NCBI GenBank assembly: GCA_010015585.1
Contig: ML975152.1
DNA length: 64,000 bases
Source of the DNA: Eremomyces bilateralis CBS 781.70
Taxonomy: Eukaryota
Strand: one strand, 5' to 3'
Part shown: piece after piece, positions 1 to 11,600 of the stretch
Layout: every line of letters begins with the position of its first letter
How positions within the stretch are numbered: position 1 is the stretch's first letter
Notes under the pieces: model-generated
What the model saw: only the letters and a program-made list of their open reading frames with translations
Database searches by the model: none
What the model was told of the DNA's origin: nothing
Position numbers and translations under genes: made by a program

Positions 1-25
1 GTTTCCTTTCGCCATCGTCATGGTT

Positions 26-1642
26 TTAGCCTAACTTCGCCTCCGCCATATTGTCCATCTTCATCTCGCCCTGAAGTATCTTCCAACCCAGTCGTTGCCA
101 CACTTCCGACTCTAACCTCACCAGCGGAGCATGGCTTTCTTCACCTTCCTGTACAGGCGTGTATGAGACCAATGATTGCTTTTGAACCTGTAACGGCACC
201 GCTTGCGCATTCCTTGCCCCCGGAGCCCCAAAGATCCCGTAGATCAGAGTTTGCTGGAGTCTTTCCTCGAAATCGACGCCGAGGCCCGCTGCAGGTCTTC
301 CAGCACAGGATTCGGCGTCCTCCCCTGAATCGTCTGCGTTGAGGAACCGGGCAGACAAGTCCATGACCACGTGGAAAGTCTGGAGAAGATAGTGAGAGTA
401 GATATCGAGGGCTAAAGGATCAAGGCGACGTTCGAGATTCCTCGTCTCCTTCGTAATGGTGGTCGCACGAGTAGCTGCAAACGTGGACGTGTATAGCTCA
501 TTACCCACTGCATTCAATACGCAGGCTGCCATACTTTCGAACAGTTTGCGATGGGCAGCGCTTGAATCTGATAACATCCGTAACCAAGCTATGAGCAAGT
601 ACGTTGTGAATTCCGCCGATATAGTGTTTGGCCTAGTCTTCTGCTTCTTCACTGGTGGATTAGAATTTGGTTTGGCGCCGCCTATCACCATTGTCTCGTT
701 GTTATGCATTCGTACTGCTGCGTCCGAGCATGTCTGCTTGAGATACTTGAGAAGATCGGTAAAACATGAGACAGAACAGTATATAGTCGAGCCGAATGTA
801 CCCGATCTATCGGGGACATCTAGTTTCGTGAGCGCGCTGGTTAGAACTGAGAGGATGCGCTCGAATCCGAGGCATAGACTAGATATCCTTGATCGCACCG
901 AAGATTCAGTGGTAGTCGCGCCTGTATGAACGTCGTCGAAAGAATTTGACACAAGGGATGAAAGTGCGGAGATGGCGAACGAGCAGTGAAACGCGAGCAG
1001 TCCAGGCTGAACTGGTTGAGACTTGATGATAGAAAGAATCTTATGCACGTGTTGGAGGATATCAGAACCTAGAACTTGTAAGATAGGTCTGCGGAGCGAC
1101 GAAGCGTATTCATGAAAGATTTCAAACCTTGAGACATTGATTCGAGGACCAAGCCTCCATTTGGGGACCTACGACTCGTGGATTTGGATTGTCTCGATTT
1201 CGAACGATATGTGTTTCCATAGACTTTCACGAGATTGGCCATTCCAAGAGTGTCTTTCTTTGCCAATTCGTCATTTAGAACGCTGCCATTGGCTTCCGGT
1301 TCAGTTTCAAGCTGCCGGAGGATCAATTCTGCCTTGCTCAGACGGGCTTGTAGCCTCTCAGAATCTCTCTGAGACCGAAGAAAACGGGACTTCCAGTAAG
1401 AGGCGTTGTCAAAACCGCCCGCGGACCCCTCGCTTTGGGCCTCTCTACAGCGAATGCAGTGCCTTAAGGAGTGTATAAAGTCTGAAGACATGATGATTAG
1501 ATGATGCTCTAAAGGATTGCTGTGAACGGTTTAGATACTTACCTTCGACAGTTTCACTTGGGGGCTTCGCTTTCAATAGGACAATGCCACACAATAGGGA
1601 ACTTGCCAGTCCAAATGGCGATGCTGTAATCATTTCAGTCAT
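26..1642 (-). CDS. Hypothetical fungal protein, 3 exons (about 500 aa), with a short coiled-coil segment
   Basis: ORFs 1445-1642, 1069-1491 and 26-1048 join in frame through GT-AG introns at about 1542-1482 and 1127-1069. No domain recognised. Confidence 0.65.
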
Positions 1643-2426
1643 AATTATTTCATTCTGTCCGAGTCATCCTTATGCTGTGACCGGCAGTCGAGTGACTACG
1701 TGGAGAACAATCCGAGGGAATACGGATATCTACATTTTTCGATGGGTACAGTTCAAACATGGACCGGACAGGACAGTAGGACATGCAATAATAGAAGGGG
1801 AAGGAAGTCTTATCATCATGCCTTCCCTCAGTAATTACTGTCAGTAGACAGTCGGGTGGTGTCGTAGTACAGCAGACATGGAGAGCGGTCTGGTCCTGTG
1901 GGTCGCCGCTTCTCTATGTGGCCCTGGCGCCCCGCCACCCCGGTGGTCCCGGGTCCGTGGTCGGGTGGTGGGTGGTCGCCTGGTCGGCCCAACTGCAACG
2001 TCCACCAGGCACCAAAGTCCATCCCCAGCTTTCTTCTCATTTCTGCTGGACGTGGAACAGAAGCAAATCACCGCACGGAGTATCAATACTGAGAGAAAGA
2101 TATCGTATCACTCAATAATAGCAACGATACGCGTCTATTGTGAGATCTGGAGCCAAGGGTAACCGGTATAGCTCCCGTCTATTGCTGCCGAAACCGGATC
2201 GTGACAACCGCTAACACGCAGACATCCCTCTTATCAATGCATTCCTATTATCGGATACCGCCGATGCATGGTCTATCTATGATATTAGGTAAGGCATAAT
2301 ACTTTGAGGACACTGCAAGTTGGAATCTCTATATAATTCCCCGTTTCTCTTGAATCGCCAATCCCGTTTCGGTAAGACAGCAGGCGGCATTCTTTCAACA
2401 TTCATGCAATTTGAAATAGTACAACC

Positions 2427-3487
2427 ATGTCTGAGTTCATTATTCCTACCGTTGATATCGGCCCTTATCTCCAATATCCAACGTCCAAAGAGGCCGAAGT
2501 TGTGATGGGTAAGATCTATCAAGCATGTATCACGAGTGGGTTCTTTCAATTGGTTGGTCATCCTATCCCCTCGAGTCTACAAGAGAAGGTCTTTGAAGGA
2601 GCGCAAGCACTCTTTGCTCTGCCGATGCATGAGAAAGAGACTCTTGTCTCAAAAGCCGGTGGACTAGGAAACCAGGGGTATGAAATCATTGGTGCCCAAG
2701 CTCTGCAGAAAAACACCCTTCCGGATCTAAAGGAGGTACGTTTCCCAGAGCGGTTCGACAGCAGTTCTTGAAAATGTTAATACTTGAATAGGGATTCTTT
2801 GTAGGAGAGGAATTCACTCCTTCTGTCATCGCTTCGAACCCGTCTATCTTCGCGCCTAATGTCTGGCCAACTGCCCTCCCCTCCACTTCAATCACACCTG
2901 CATCGTTCAAATCCACGATGCTTGAGTATCAATCACGTTGCGTGGATTTGACCAAAGTCCTTCTGTCGCTTTTGGCCCGCGTGCTCCCTTATGGCCCTCA
3001 TATTTTTGAGACCTTTAGCGCTGACCCTTCGCTCGCGGTGATCAGGCTCTTACATTACCCTCCTCAGGATTGCACAGACCCGCGCCAACTAGGTGCAGGT
3101 GCTCACACTGACTTCGGAGCCCTAACTCTATTGCTTCAGGATGGTGAGAATGCAGGGCTGGAGGTTCTGGACTCCGACGGAGAGTGGCAGGCAGTGCCGC
3201 CTGTGAAGCACGCTCTCGTGGTTAACGTCGGGGATATGCTGCATCGATGGACAAACGGGAGATTCAAAAGCTCGGTACATAGAGTCATCAACAGGAGCGG
3301 GAGGGATAGATACTCTGTGCCCTTCTTCTACGATGGGAACCCGGATTGTAGGCTGGTTCCATTCGAGGTTGCAGCTAAAACAGGGGACGGGAACCCCCTA
3401 TACCAAGACTACATCACCGTGGCTGATCATATGAAGGAAAGATATGCGGCAACTGTATTAAAGAAGTCAGAAGCTACTGCATCGTAG
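2427..3487 (+). CDS. Fe(II)/2-oxoglutarate dioxygenase (IPNS/DIOX_N + 2OG-FeII_Oxy family)
   Basis: Motifs IPTVDIG, GFFQLVGH, DLKE|GFFVG, RLLHYPP, HTD...H (HTDFG; SSVHRV) and RYS. Intron 2736-2791 joins the two ORFs in frame. Confidence 0.92.
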
Positions 3488-3949
3488 CGAATCGAAGCAT
3501 TGTATAGCTTCCCGAAGATGCTTTCTCGTGATGCTGGAGTTGAAGATTGCCGAGATATCTATTCCGGGGAATAAGGACCGATTCGACTCAAGCTAAGGCA
3601 CCTACTACTACTGACTACTGTACCATCAGGTGGGGGCTAATGTTCAGTGGATTTTTTGATAGGCCAAAAGACATAAATACCATAGATTTAATGCCTCTTG
3701 CCTAAATTCGATCGCGCTGAGCTATTATGCCCCGACGGCCGACATGTCTATGATACGAAACTAGGGATCTGCATCGCCACTTGCTCCGCAGATAAGACGT
3801 CGCTGCATCACCAGCGACTTCGCCAATACCAGCGAGCTATCTTAAGCATGAATCTCGCGAGTTTAGAAACTTTATAGGCATTGATTTACATGTTATACCA
3901 GTTTTATTAGATCTCCCTTGTTTCATCCTTTGACGATCAAGTTTTCACT

Positions 3950-5124
3950 ATGTCGGTCGTTGATATCCATACGCATATGTACCCTCCGTCATACATTTCT
4001 CTTCTCCAGTCAAGATATGATGGCGCAGGTTCCGCCGTCCCGTACATCAGAACCTTCGAAGATGCTCCTGACGATCCTCGACTTATAATCTTACCCGATG
4101 AAGACGCCAAAGGCGGCCGTGGTCGCCCCGTGGGACCGGAGTACTGGTCAGTGGAGCAGAAGATCGCATTCATGGATACCCACAACATCGAGACCTCTGT
4201 GGTTTCTCTCGCGAATCCATGGCTCGACTTCCTCTCGGGGTTTGAGTCCCCGACCTGGGCGGCCAAAATCAACGATGATTTCGAGGCCATTTGCGCTTCG
4301 CATAGTCCCCGCCTCTTCTTCTTCGGCGTGCTTCCGCTGTCCGGCCCCCCGTTGACCATCATTGCGGAGATCAAACGGCTTCAAACGCTAAAATATGCTC
4401 GCGGGGTAGTCATCGGCACCACCGGGCTGGGGCGAGGCCTGGATGATCCGGAGATGGGCAAGATCTGGGAGGCGCTCGAAGAGACGAATACGTTTGTCTT
4501 CCTGCACCCGCACTATGGCCTACCGAGCAGTGTCTACGGATCGCGGGCCAGCGAATATGGACATGTGCTTCCGCTTGCCTTGGGATTCCCGATGGAGACT
4601 ACGATCGCAGTGGCACGAATGTGGATCAGCTGCGTGTGGGATCGGTACCCGGGACTCCAGATCCTGCTTGCGCATGCCGGGGGCGCCATCCCGTCATTAG
4701 CAGGCCGATTGCAGAGTTGTTTGGAGCATGATGGGCATCTGAGAGGCAATGGCAAAGAGGAAGGTCCGAAGAGAACGATTCAGGAGGTCTTGAAGCAGAA
4801 TATTTACCTCGATGCGGTTGTGTATGGAGAAGTAGGTATAAGTGCTGCGGTGGGGCTAGTAGGAAAAGACAGAGTCATGTTCGGTACGTCATCCAGGCAC
4901 AGTTGGATTTGCTCCGTTCCATACATGTCATTGTCTCGATGCTAACAGACATAGGGACCGACCATCCGTTCTTCCCACCACTTGGAGCAGACGAGAAAGA
5001 ATGGCTGAGCGTTCGAACCAATTATGATGCGATCCAGGAGGCATTCACAGACGAGCAAGACCAAGACGCTAAAGGGGTATTGGGTGGCAATGCCATCAAA
5101 GTCCTGCGACTTCAAGTTGACTGA
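3950..5124 (+). CDS. Uracil-5-carboxylate (iso-orotate) decarboxylase, amidohydrolase-2 family
   Basis: VDIHTHMYPPSY, SLANPWLDF, FLHPHYGLP, YGHVLPLALGFPMETTIAVARM and MFG|TDHPFFPP match fungal IDCases. Intron 4884-4954. Confidence 0.9.
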
Positions 5125-5313
5125 ACTCGCTTTATGAGATTTCTCCTTTTATACAATGTCGGCCCATAGATGTTAACACGGGGCTGGTATATGGTACAAA
5201 CGCCATCAAAGCAATATATAAGGGTACTATTCTGCAGCAATCCCACGAACACCCAGATATGCAGTAGAATGAATGTCGCAGTGAATGTCGCGTAAGTGAT
5301 AGCCAAATCTGTC

Positions 5314-6421
5314 TCATGCGGTTTCCCCTTCTACACTCTCCCCCTTTGGCTCAAACAAGAACCCACCGTATGGGTTGATGTCCGATTGGTGATTTCGGAG
5401 AAGATAGTTCAGAGCGCTCTGCTCCATCACCACCCTCTTCATCTTCAAAAGGTCCCGGATTTCGACATCCTCGGCCGTGATTAGCTGTCCAGCGGTTTTC
5501 AGCTCCTTAATTCCGAGCGCCAAATTCTTTCTTTCACCTCTTGTAACAAACGTGGACCCTCCGTCATTTCTACCCCAGCCCAATTCTTGGAGAATCTCCC
5601 TGGTCACATCGGTGATATGACCTATCCTCCTGTCGTCTAACTCTCGGAACAGCTGAGCTTCCTTTGAACCGTCTTCACCGAAAGCAAATTCCACGGGGAT
5701 GTCCAAGTGGTCTTGCACCACCACTAATTGGCCCCGTCTAAATCGATAGCTGAGTGCCGTCCGCATGGCAAGATCGTAGATTTTCCTCGGCAGATCGGTG
5801 CTGAAATCTCTCGGCTTCGGGCCGAACGCCACTCCACCACCCCTGAGCATGGGGGATTTCTTATCACCCAATCGTGCTGAGCCAGTTCCCTTCTGTGGAC
5901 GGATTTTCCGACCCGATCCGTGGACTTCGGACCGCCATTTGGTCGAGGCCGTCCCTTGACGGTCGGCGTCGGCTTCGAATACCACGGCGCGGTGCAGAAG
6001 ATCTTTTCGGAGGGGCAAATGGAGGTGAGAGCTAGGATATGACAGGAACTTTATCGGCTCGAGGGTTGGAAAGGCGTAGAGTGTGGTGAGGACATTCGGT
6101 GGGCGGAGATGTTCGGGGACGGGAAAGGCGTTACGCAGGGAGGTGGGAGGCGGAGCGAGGATAGGAGCGTCGTCTTTAAGGGGATTGGACTGTCGCGTCG
6201 GCCTTGGTTGTGATTTGGAAACACCATCGGTGGATTCTATGTTGGTTTGGGCTGCAACGGGTGCTTCCGTCGCAAAGCTTCGGATGGGTATCGTCGTTGC
6301 GGTTCGCTGTTGTTCGTCAGTGGTGGTCGAATACTCAACATCAAGGGCCGTAACAACATACCGGACGACGGATGCAATTACAAGCATCGCGAAGATGTCT
6401 TAATCGAGGTTTCGATGCCAT
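5314..6421 (-). CDS. Mitochondrial large-subunit ribosomal protein uL4m (YmL6-like)
   Basis: RQGTASTKWRSEVHGSGRKIRPQKGTGSARLGDKKSPMLRGGGVAFGPKPRDF is the L4 signature. The true start is probably ATG 6421 (MASKPRLRHLRD, targeting-peptide-like), followed by a GTATGT...CTGAC...CAG intron. Confidence 0.92.
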
Positions 6422-6640
6422 GGTTTGTATTGGAAAACTCCTTACGTTTTGAAGGCTGTTGCGAGTTGTGATGGATGTATCGTGAAGTTGAAATTATTCC
6501 TTGGTCCGAGCGTCTCCTCCAGTTCCCCCAAAAATCTTCCCCAACTTCAGCTATCACTGGGAATAGAGTGTACTCCGGTTACTTTCCTTCTCTATTCCTT
6601 TCTTTTGAAACAAGCGGGTTTCCTTATCTGTTACGGCATT

Positions 6641-7939
6641 ATGTCGATTGCCAGTAGCGCCCAATGCCTTCGTTGTATTGGCCGTACTTCGCTTTCTTCA
6701 TCACGTAGTTCCACATGGAGGGCTTTCTCTAAAGCATCACGACAGGAGGCGTCCCTTAACACAACATCCTCTTCTAGCCCTCCAATCGAGCCTACACTTA
6801 CACGACAAACTTCCACGCCTGTTACATCGACTCCTCTCCAGACCGACCCCTCCGAGTCCACCCGGAGACAAGCTGTTCGAAAAGAACTGAAGGATCCCAT
6901 ACCTTTCGAACAATTACCGTACGAGTGCTTCCAAGAGGCGCGTAAGATATTGCAAGCAGATCGGGAAGAGAAACTCGGGCAAATTGAAATTCAGCGTGGT
7001 CGAATTGCGCGCCTTGTTGAGCAGGATGCCTCTGTTAGCGGAGGGAACGTCGCGAAACGGAAACGGTTGGAAAGCATGCGCCAACGCCTCGAAGAGTTGA
7101 AGATACTGGCCGATATCAATGATCCCCTGGTCAAGAAGCGTTTTGAGGATGGTTTAGGTGAGTAGAACTCAGGTTTCAAAGAGAGATCCTAGCGTTGCTG
7201 ACATGATTCACTTGGAAAAGGTGACATGGACAAGCCGATATACCGACATCTGGCCTACAAGAAATGGATAGCATATAAGCGCAAGGTTGCTATGCAACGC
7301 ATCACGCAGATGAGCGTCATCCCCGACGTCCTACCTTCCATTGAACCCATCCTAGATGTAGACATGAACTTCGACCGTGTACGAGTTCAACCAGGAAACT
7401 TCATCATGTCGACCACCAGCGAACGAACACCCACTTTCAATGTACAGAGTTTCGCTGCGGGAGAGCGGTTATATACCGTTGCAGTCATCGATCCCGACAT
7501 ACCCAACATCGACACGGACAACTTCGATCACAAATGTCTTTTCCTTGCGACAAACGTACCGATTTCACCAACGTCTCCGAAGGTCGACGTCGCAAGCCTC
7601 CCCGACGCCTCCGTCGCGCATAGCTGGCTACCGCCTGTGGCGCAGATGGGCGCCCCCTACCATCGCATATCAGCCTTCATCCTTCGCCAACCCCACGGAA
7701 CCACCATCGACGTGGAGGCTCTCAAGGGTCAATATCCTCGGGATAATCTCTGGCTGAGAGATATGGTGAAAAAGCATAGTTTGCGGCCAATGGGCGTGAC
7801 TATGTTCCGCAGTATGTGGGATGAGGGGACTGATGGTGTGATGGAGAGAGCCGGAATTGAAGGAGTGGATATGGAATTCCAAAGGCCGCCGCCAGAGAAG
7901 TTGCCTTATAAGAAGAAGCCTGGTTGGAAGTTCAGGTGA
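6641..7939 (+). CDS. Mitochondrial large-subunit ribosomal protein mL38 (MrpL35-like, PEBP domain)
   Basis: S/R-rich presequence, then EQLPYECFQEARKIL, DINDPLVKKRFEDGLG|DMDKPIYRHLA and the PEBP motifs IDPDIP and GAPYHR. One intron at about 7158-7220. Confidence 0.9.
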
Positions 7940-8236
7940 ACGTGCCTTGACATAGTTGCGATTGTGATGCAATGTTCGGATACTGTACCATAGTGTAAGA
8001 AAGAACCTGTTACGCAGTCCACGTCCACTTTTCTGCGTTCCTGCACACACCTGGCTATCATGGGACAGCATGGGGGGTTGAGTGTATGACTGCGCCTGAG
8101 CTCTGTCCTGATACTGAACAACTTTGCAAGCCTATTTGTTGATTTACCCTTTAAATTCTCTCGCAATCTATTGTATTTTGAGGTGTCTACCTTCCCGATA
8201 TCGTTTAATACTACGGTACCAAGATCTTGGTATGGT

Positions 8237-8357
8237 TGGATCTCACACGGATTCGAATAACTATCCGGATAGGAATTCTATATCCGTGAATTTCGCGGAT
8301 CGGATATTATCCGGATATGGCTGGTGTATCCACGAACTCGATCCGTGCCGAGCTCTA
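8237..8357. mobile_element. Possible degenerate MITE-like element rich in ATCCG/CGGAT motifs
   Basis: Imperfect terminal inverted repeats (tggatctcacacggattcga / tcgatccgtgccgagctcta) and internal palindromes such as ctatccggatag at 8261-8272. No clear TSD. Confidence 0.35.
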
Positions 8358-8655
8358 GTTGAGATGCTCGCTTTGGAAGTTGTAATATTGTGTCGACAAT
8401 GTGTTTTGGCGTTAGTTCTGCTCTACTTTGCAGCGGGCTACTCTCCAGCAGTGGACAGCCTCAAGGCAGGGTGTTGATCGGCAAGCCTTGCGGATGCATT
8501 CGCCAGTTGAGGATGAACCTCGTCTGGGTACAGACATGAACTCACTCTTAACTGTTCGCATGCGTACATACTGTACACGATAACATGCGCAACGAGAGCG
8601 CAACAATAGCGCAATAGCTGGCAGCAGGAAGACTAATGTCGCTCTCTTTGATACC

Positions 8656-11600
8656 ATGTCAGGCAACAATCAACACATCAGCGGCTTATCTGCAAGCGAT
8701 CATTCTCAGCTCTTCGCTGGTCAGGCCCACGATGTATATGTTGGCAAAAATGAAGGCGAGTCGTGTTTATCTGGCCATGGTCGCAGAACAACAAGAAGCT
8801 AACTGGCAGCCTAGCTCTGAACGTTGTGCTCGACTCGCTGCCTACCGCTGCGGACGCGTCGTTCAACGCATATCAGCGACAACGCGACCGGACCTGCCTT
8901 CCCAATACCCGCGTCGAACTCCTCCGAGATATATACAACTGGGCTGATGGACAAGACGGGCCATATATCTTCTGGCTGAATGGTCTAGCTGGTACAGGAA
9001 AGTCGACGATTGCGCGCACCGTCGCCCGTCGATACTTCGACCTGAAGCGCCTTGGGGCCAGCTTTTTCTTTTCGCGCGGCGGTGGAGATGTCGGCCATGC
9101 AGGCAAGTTCATCACGAGCATTGCGTTACAGCTGGCGAGCAGCATTCCTTCTCTCGGTCAACTTATATGCGAAGCTCTCACGAAGCGCCGCGATATTGCA
9201 AGCCAGTCTCTTCGCGACCAGTGGCAGCAACTCATCGTAAGCCCGCTGTCGAAGTTGGACGAGAGCAGTAGTCTATCCTCGTATGTTCTTGTCGTCGATG
9301 CTCTGGATGAGTGTGACAATGACTACGATATTCGGACCATTATGGACCTTTTGACTGAAGCCCGATCGTCAACGTCAGTTCGATTGCGAGTTTTCCTGAC
9401 GAGCCGACCGGAGGTTCCGATGCGATATGGAATTCACCAGATACCGGAAGATGAACACGAGGATTTAATGCTTCACAACATATCATCCTCTATTGTAGAT
9501 TACGACGTCTCTATTTTCTTCGAGCACAATTTCAAGCTCATTCGGCAGGAACAATCTCTGGACGTAGGCTGGCCGGGCGAAGATGTTATCCGATGCTTGA
9601 TTCAGATTGTAGGTGGATTATTTATTTGGGCCGCAACTGCTTGTCACTACATTCAAGAAGGCCTATTCGCGGACGAAAGAGTACAGACTCTGCTGGAAAG
9701 CAGCACGTCTACCACTACCCCCGAAGAGCATCTCAATGAGCTCTATACTACCGTCCTGAAGGAATCCATTCGGCCGGGATACTCAGTGAAAGAAAAGGAA
9801 GTTTTGTGTGGCATATTACGACATATTCTAGGAAGCATAGTGGTTCTCTTCTCCCCGCTCTCAGCAAATTCCCTTCAGACGCTGCTCGGTGTCACAAAGC
9901 AAAAGATTGATCAGGTGCTAAGGGATCTTCATGCTATTCTGGACATTCCGAAAGTGGATGTCCACCCGATCCATCTGCATCACCCTTCGTTTCGTGACTT
10001 TCTCCTCAACAACAAAAGATGCGAAGATCCGATTTTCTGGGTGGACGAGAAGCAGGCACATCAAGTTTTGGCTGACAGATGTATACAGCTCATGTCGACA
10101 TCACTCAAACAAGACATTTGTGGGGTGGATGCTCCGGGCATGCTTGTAGCCAATATCGAGAGAACTCGGCTTAAGCAGAGCCTTCTTCCCGAAGCCCAAT
10201 ACGCTTGTCGATACTGGATCGATCATATTCGGAGGAGTGGCATCCAGCTCCGCGATAACGGTCAAGTACATCTTTTCTTACAGGAGCATCTTCTTCATTG
10301 GCTCGAGGCTCTTGGGTGGATGGGAAAGGTGTCGGAAGGTATTCATGCTCTCGCGGCTTTAGAATCATTGGTTTCTGTGAGTATACCACTCTAGCAAAAG
10401 TTCTCGCTAACAGCTCGGCTAGTCTAATGGTTGCCCAGATCTTTGGAGCTTTATCCACGACGCGAAGCGCTTCGTCCTCTATAGTCGGCGTGCTATAGAG
10501 CAGGCTCCACTCCAGACGTACTGCAGTGCTCTCGCATTTGCACCGATAAGGAGCATAATAAGAAAACAATTTGCGAGTTGTACATCTAGATGGATACGAA
10601 GGTTGCCAAAGGCCGAGGAGAAATGGAATACATTGCTACAGTTGCTCGAGGGCCATTCGGGCGGGGTCACCGCTGTGGCCTTCTCGCCGGACGGTAAGAC
10701 GCTGGCGTCGGCTTCGGACGACCGCACGGTCAGGCTATGGGACGCTTGGTCGGGCGCCGCACTACAGGTGCTCAAGGGCCATTCGCGACCGGTCACCGCC
10801 GTGGCCTTCTCGCCGGGCGGTAAGACGCTGGCGTCGGCTTCGTGGGACGGCACAGTCAGGCTGTGGGACGCCGGGTTGGGCACCGCATTGCAGACGCTCA
10901 GGGGCGATTCGCTTTGGGTCCGTGCCGTAGCCTTCTCGCCGGACGGCAAGACGCTGGCGTCGGCTTCGGACGAGGTCAAGCTGTGGGACGCCGGGTCGGG
11001 CGCCGCCCTACAGACGCTCAAGGTCCATTCGCGCTGGGTCCGCGCCGTGGCCTTCTCGCCGGACTGTAAGACGCTGGCGTCGGCTTCGGGGAACCGCACG
11101 GTCAAGCTCTGGGACGCCGGGTCGGGCGCCGCCCTGCTAACGCTTAAGGGCCATTCGCGTTCGGTCCGCGCCGTGGCCTTCTCGCCGGACGGCAAGACGC
11201 TGGCGTCAGCTTCGGGAGACCGTACGGTCAAGCTGTGGGACGCCGGGTCGGGCGCCGCCCTACTGACGCTTAAGGGCCATTCGCACTGGGTCCGTACCGT
11301 GGCATTCTCGCCGGACGGTAAGACGCTGGCGTCGGCTTCGGACGACCGTACGGTTAGGCTATGGGACGCTTGGTCGGGCGCTGCACTGCAGACGCTTAAG
11401 AGTTATTCGCATTTGGTTAGCGCCGTAGCCTTCTCGCCGGACGGCAAGACGCTGGCGTCGGCTTCAGGGGACCGTACGGTCGGGCTATGGGACACCGGGC
11501 CGGGCGCCACGCTACAGACACTTAAGGGCTATTCGAGTTCGGTCCGCGCCGTGGCCTTCTCGCCGGACGGTATGACGCTGGCGTCGGCTTCGGGCGACGG

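Noticed and set aside
8763..8814. ORF-track start of the NACHT ORF (MFIWPWSQ...)
   Set aside because: It begins at a GTG inside the predicted intron, which has a branch site and acceptor. ATG 8656 is the better start.
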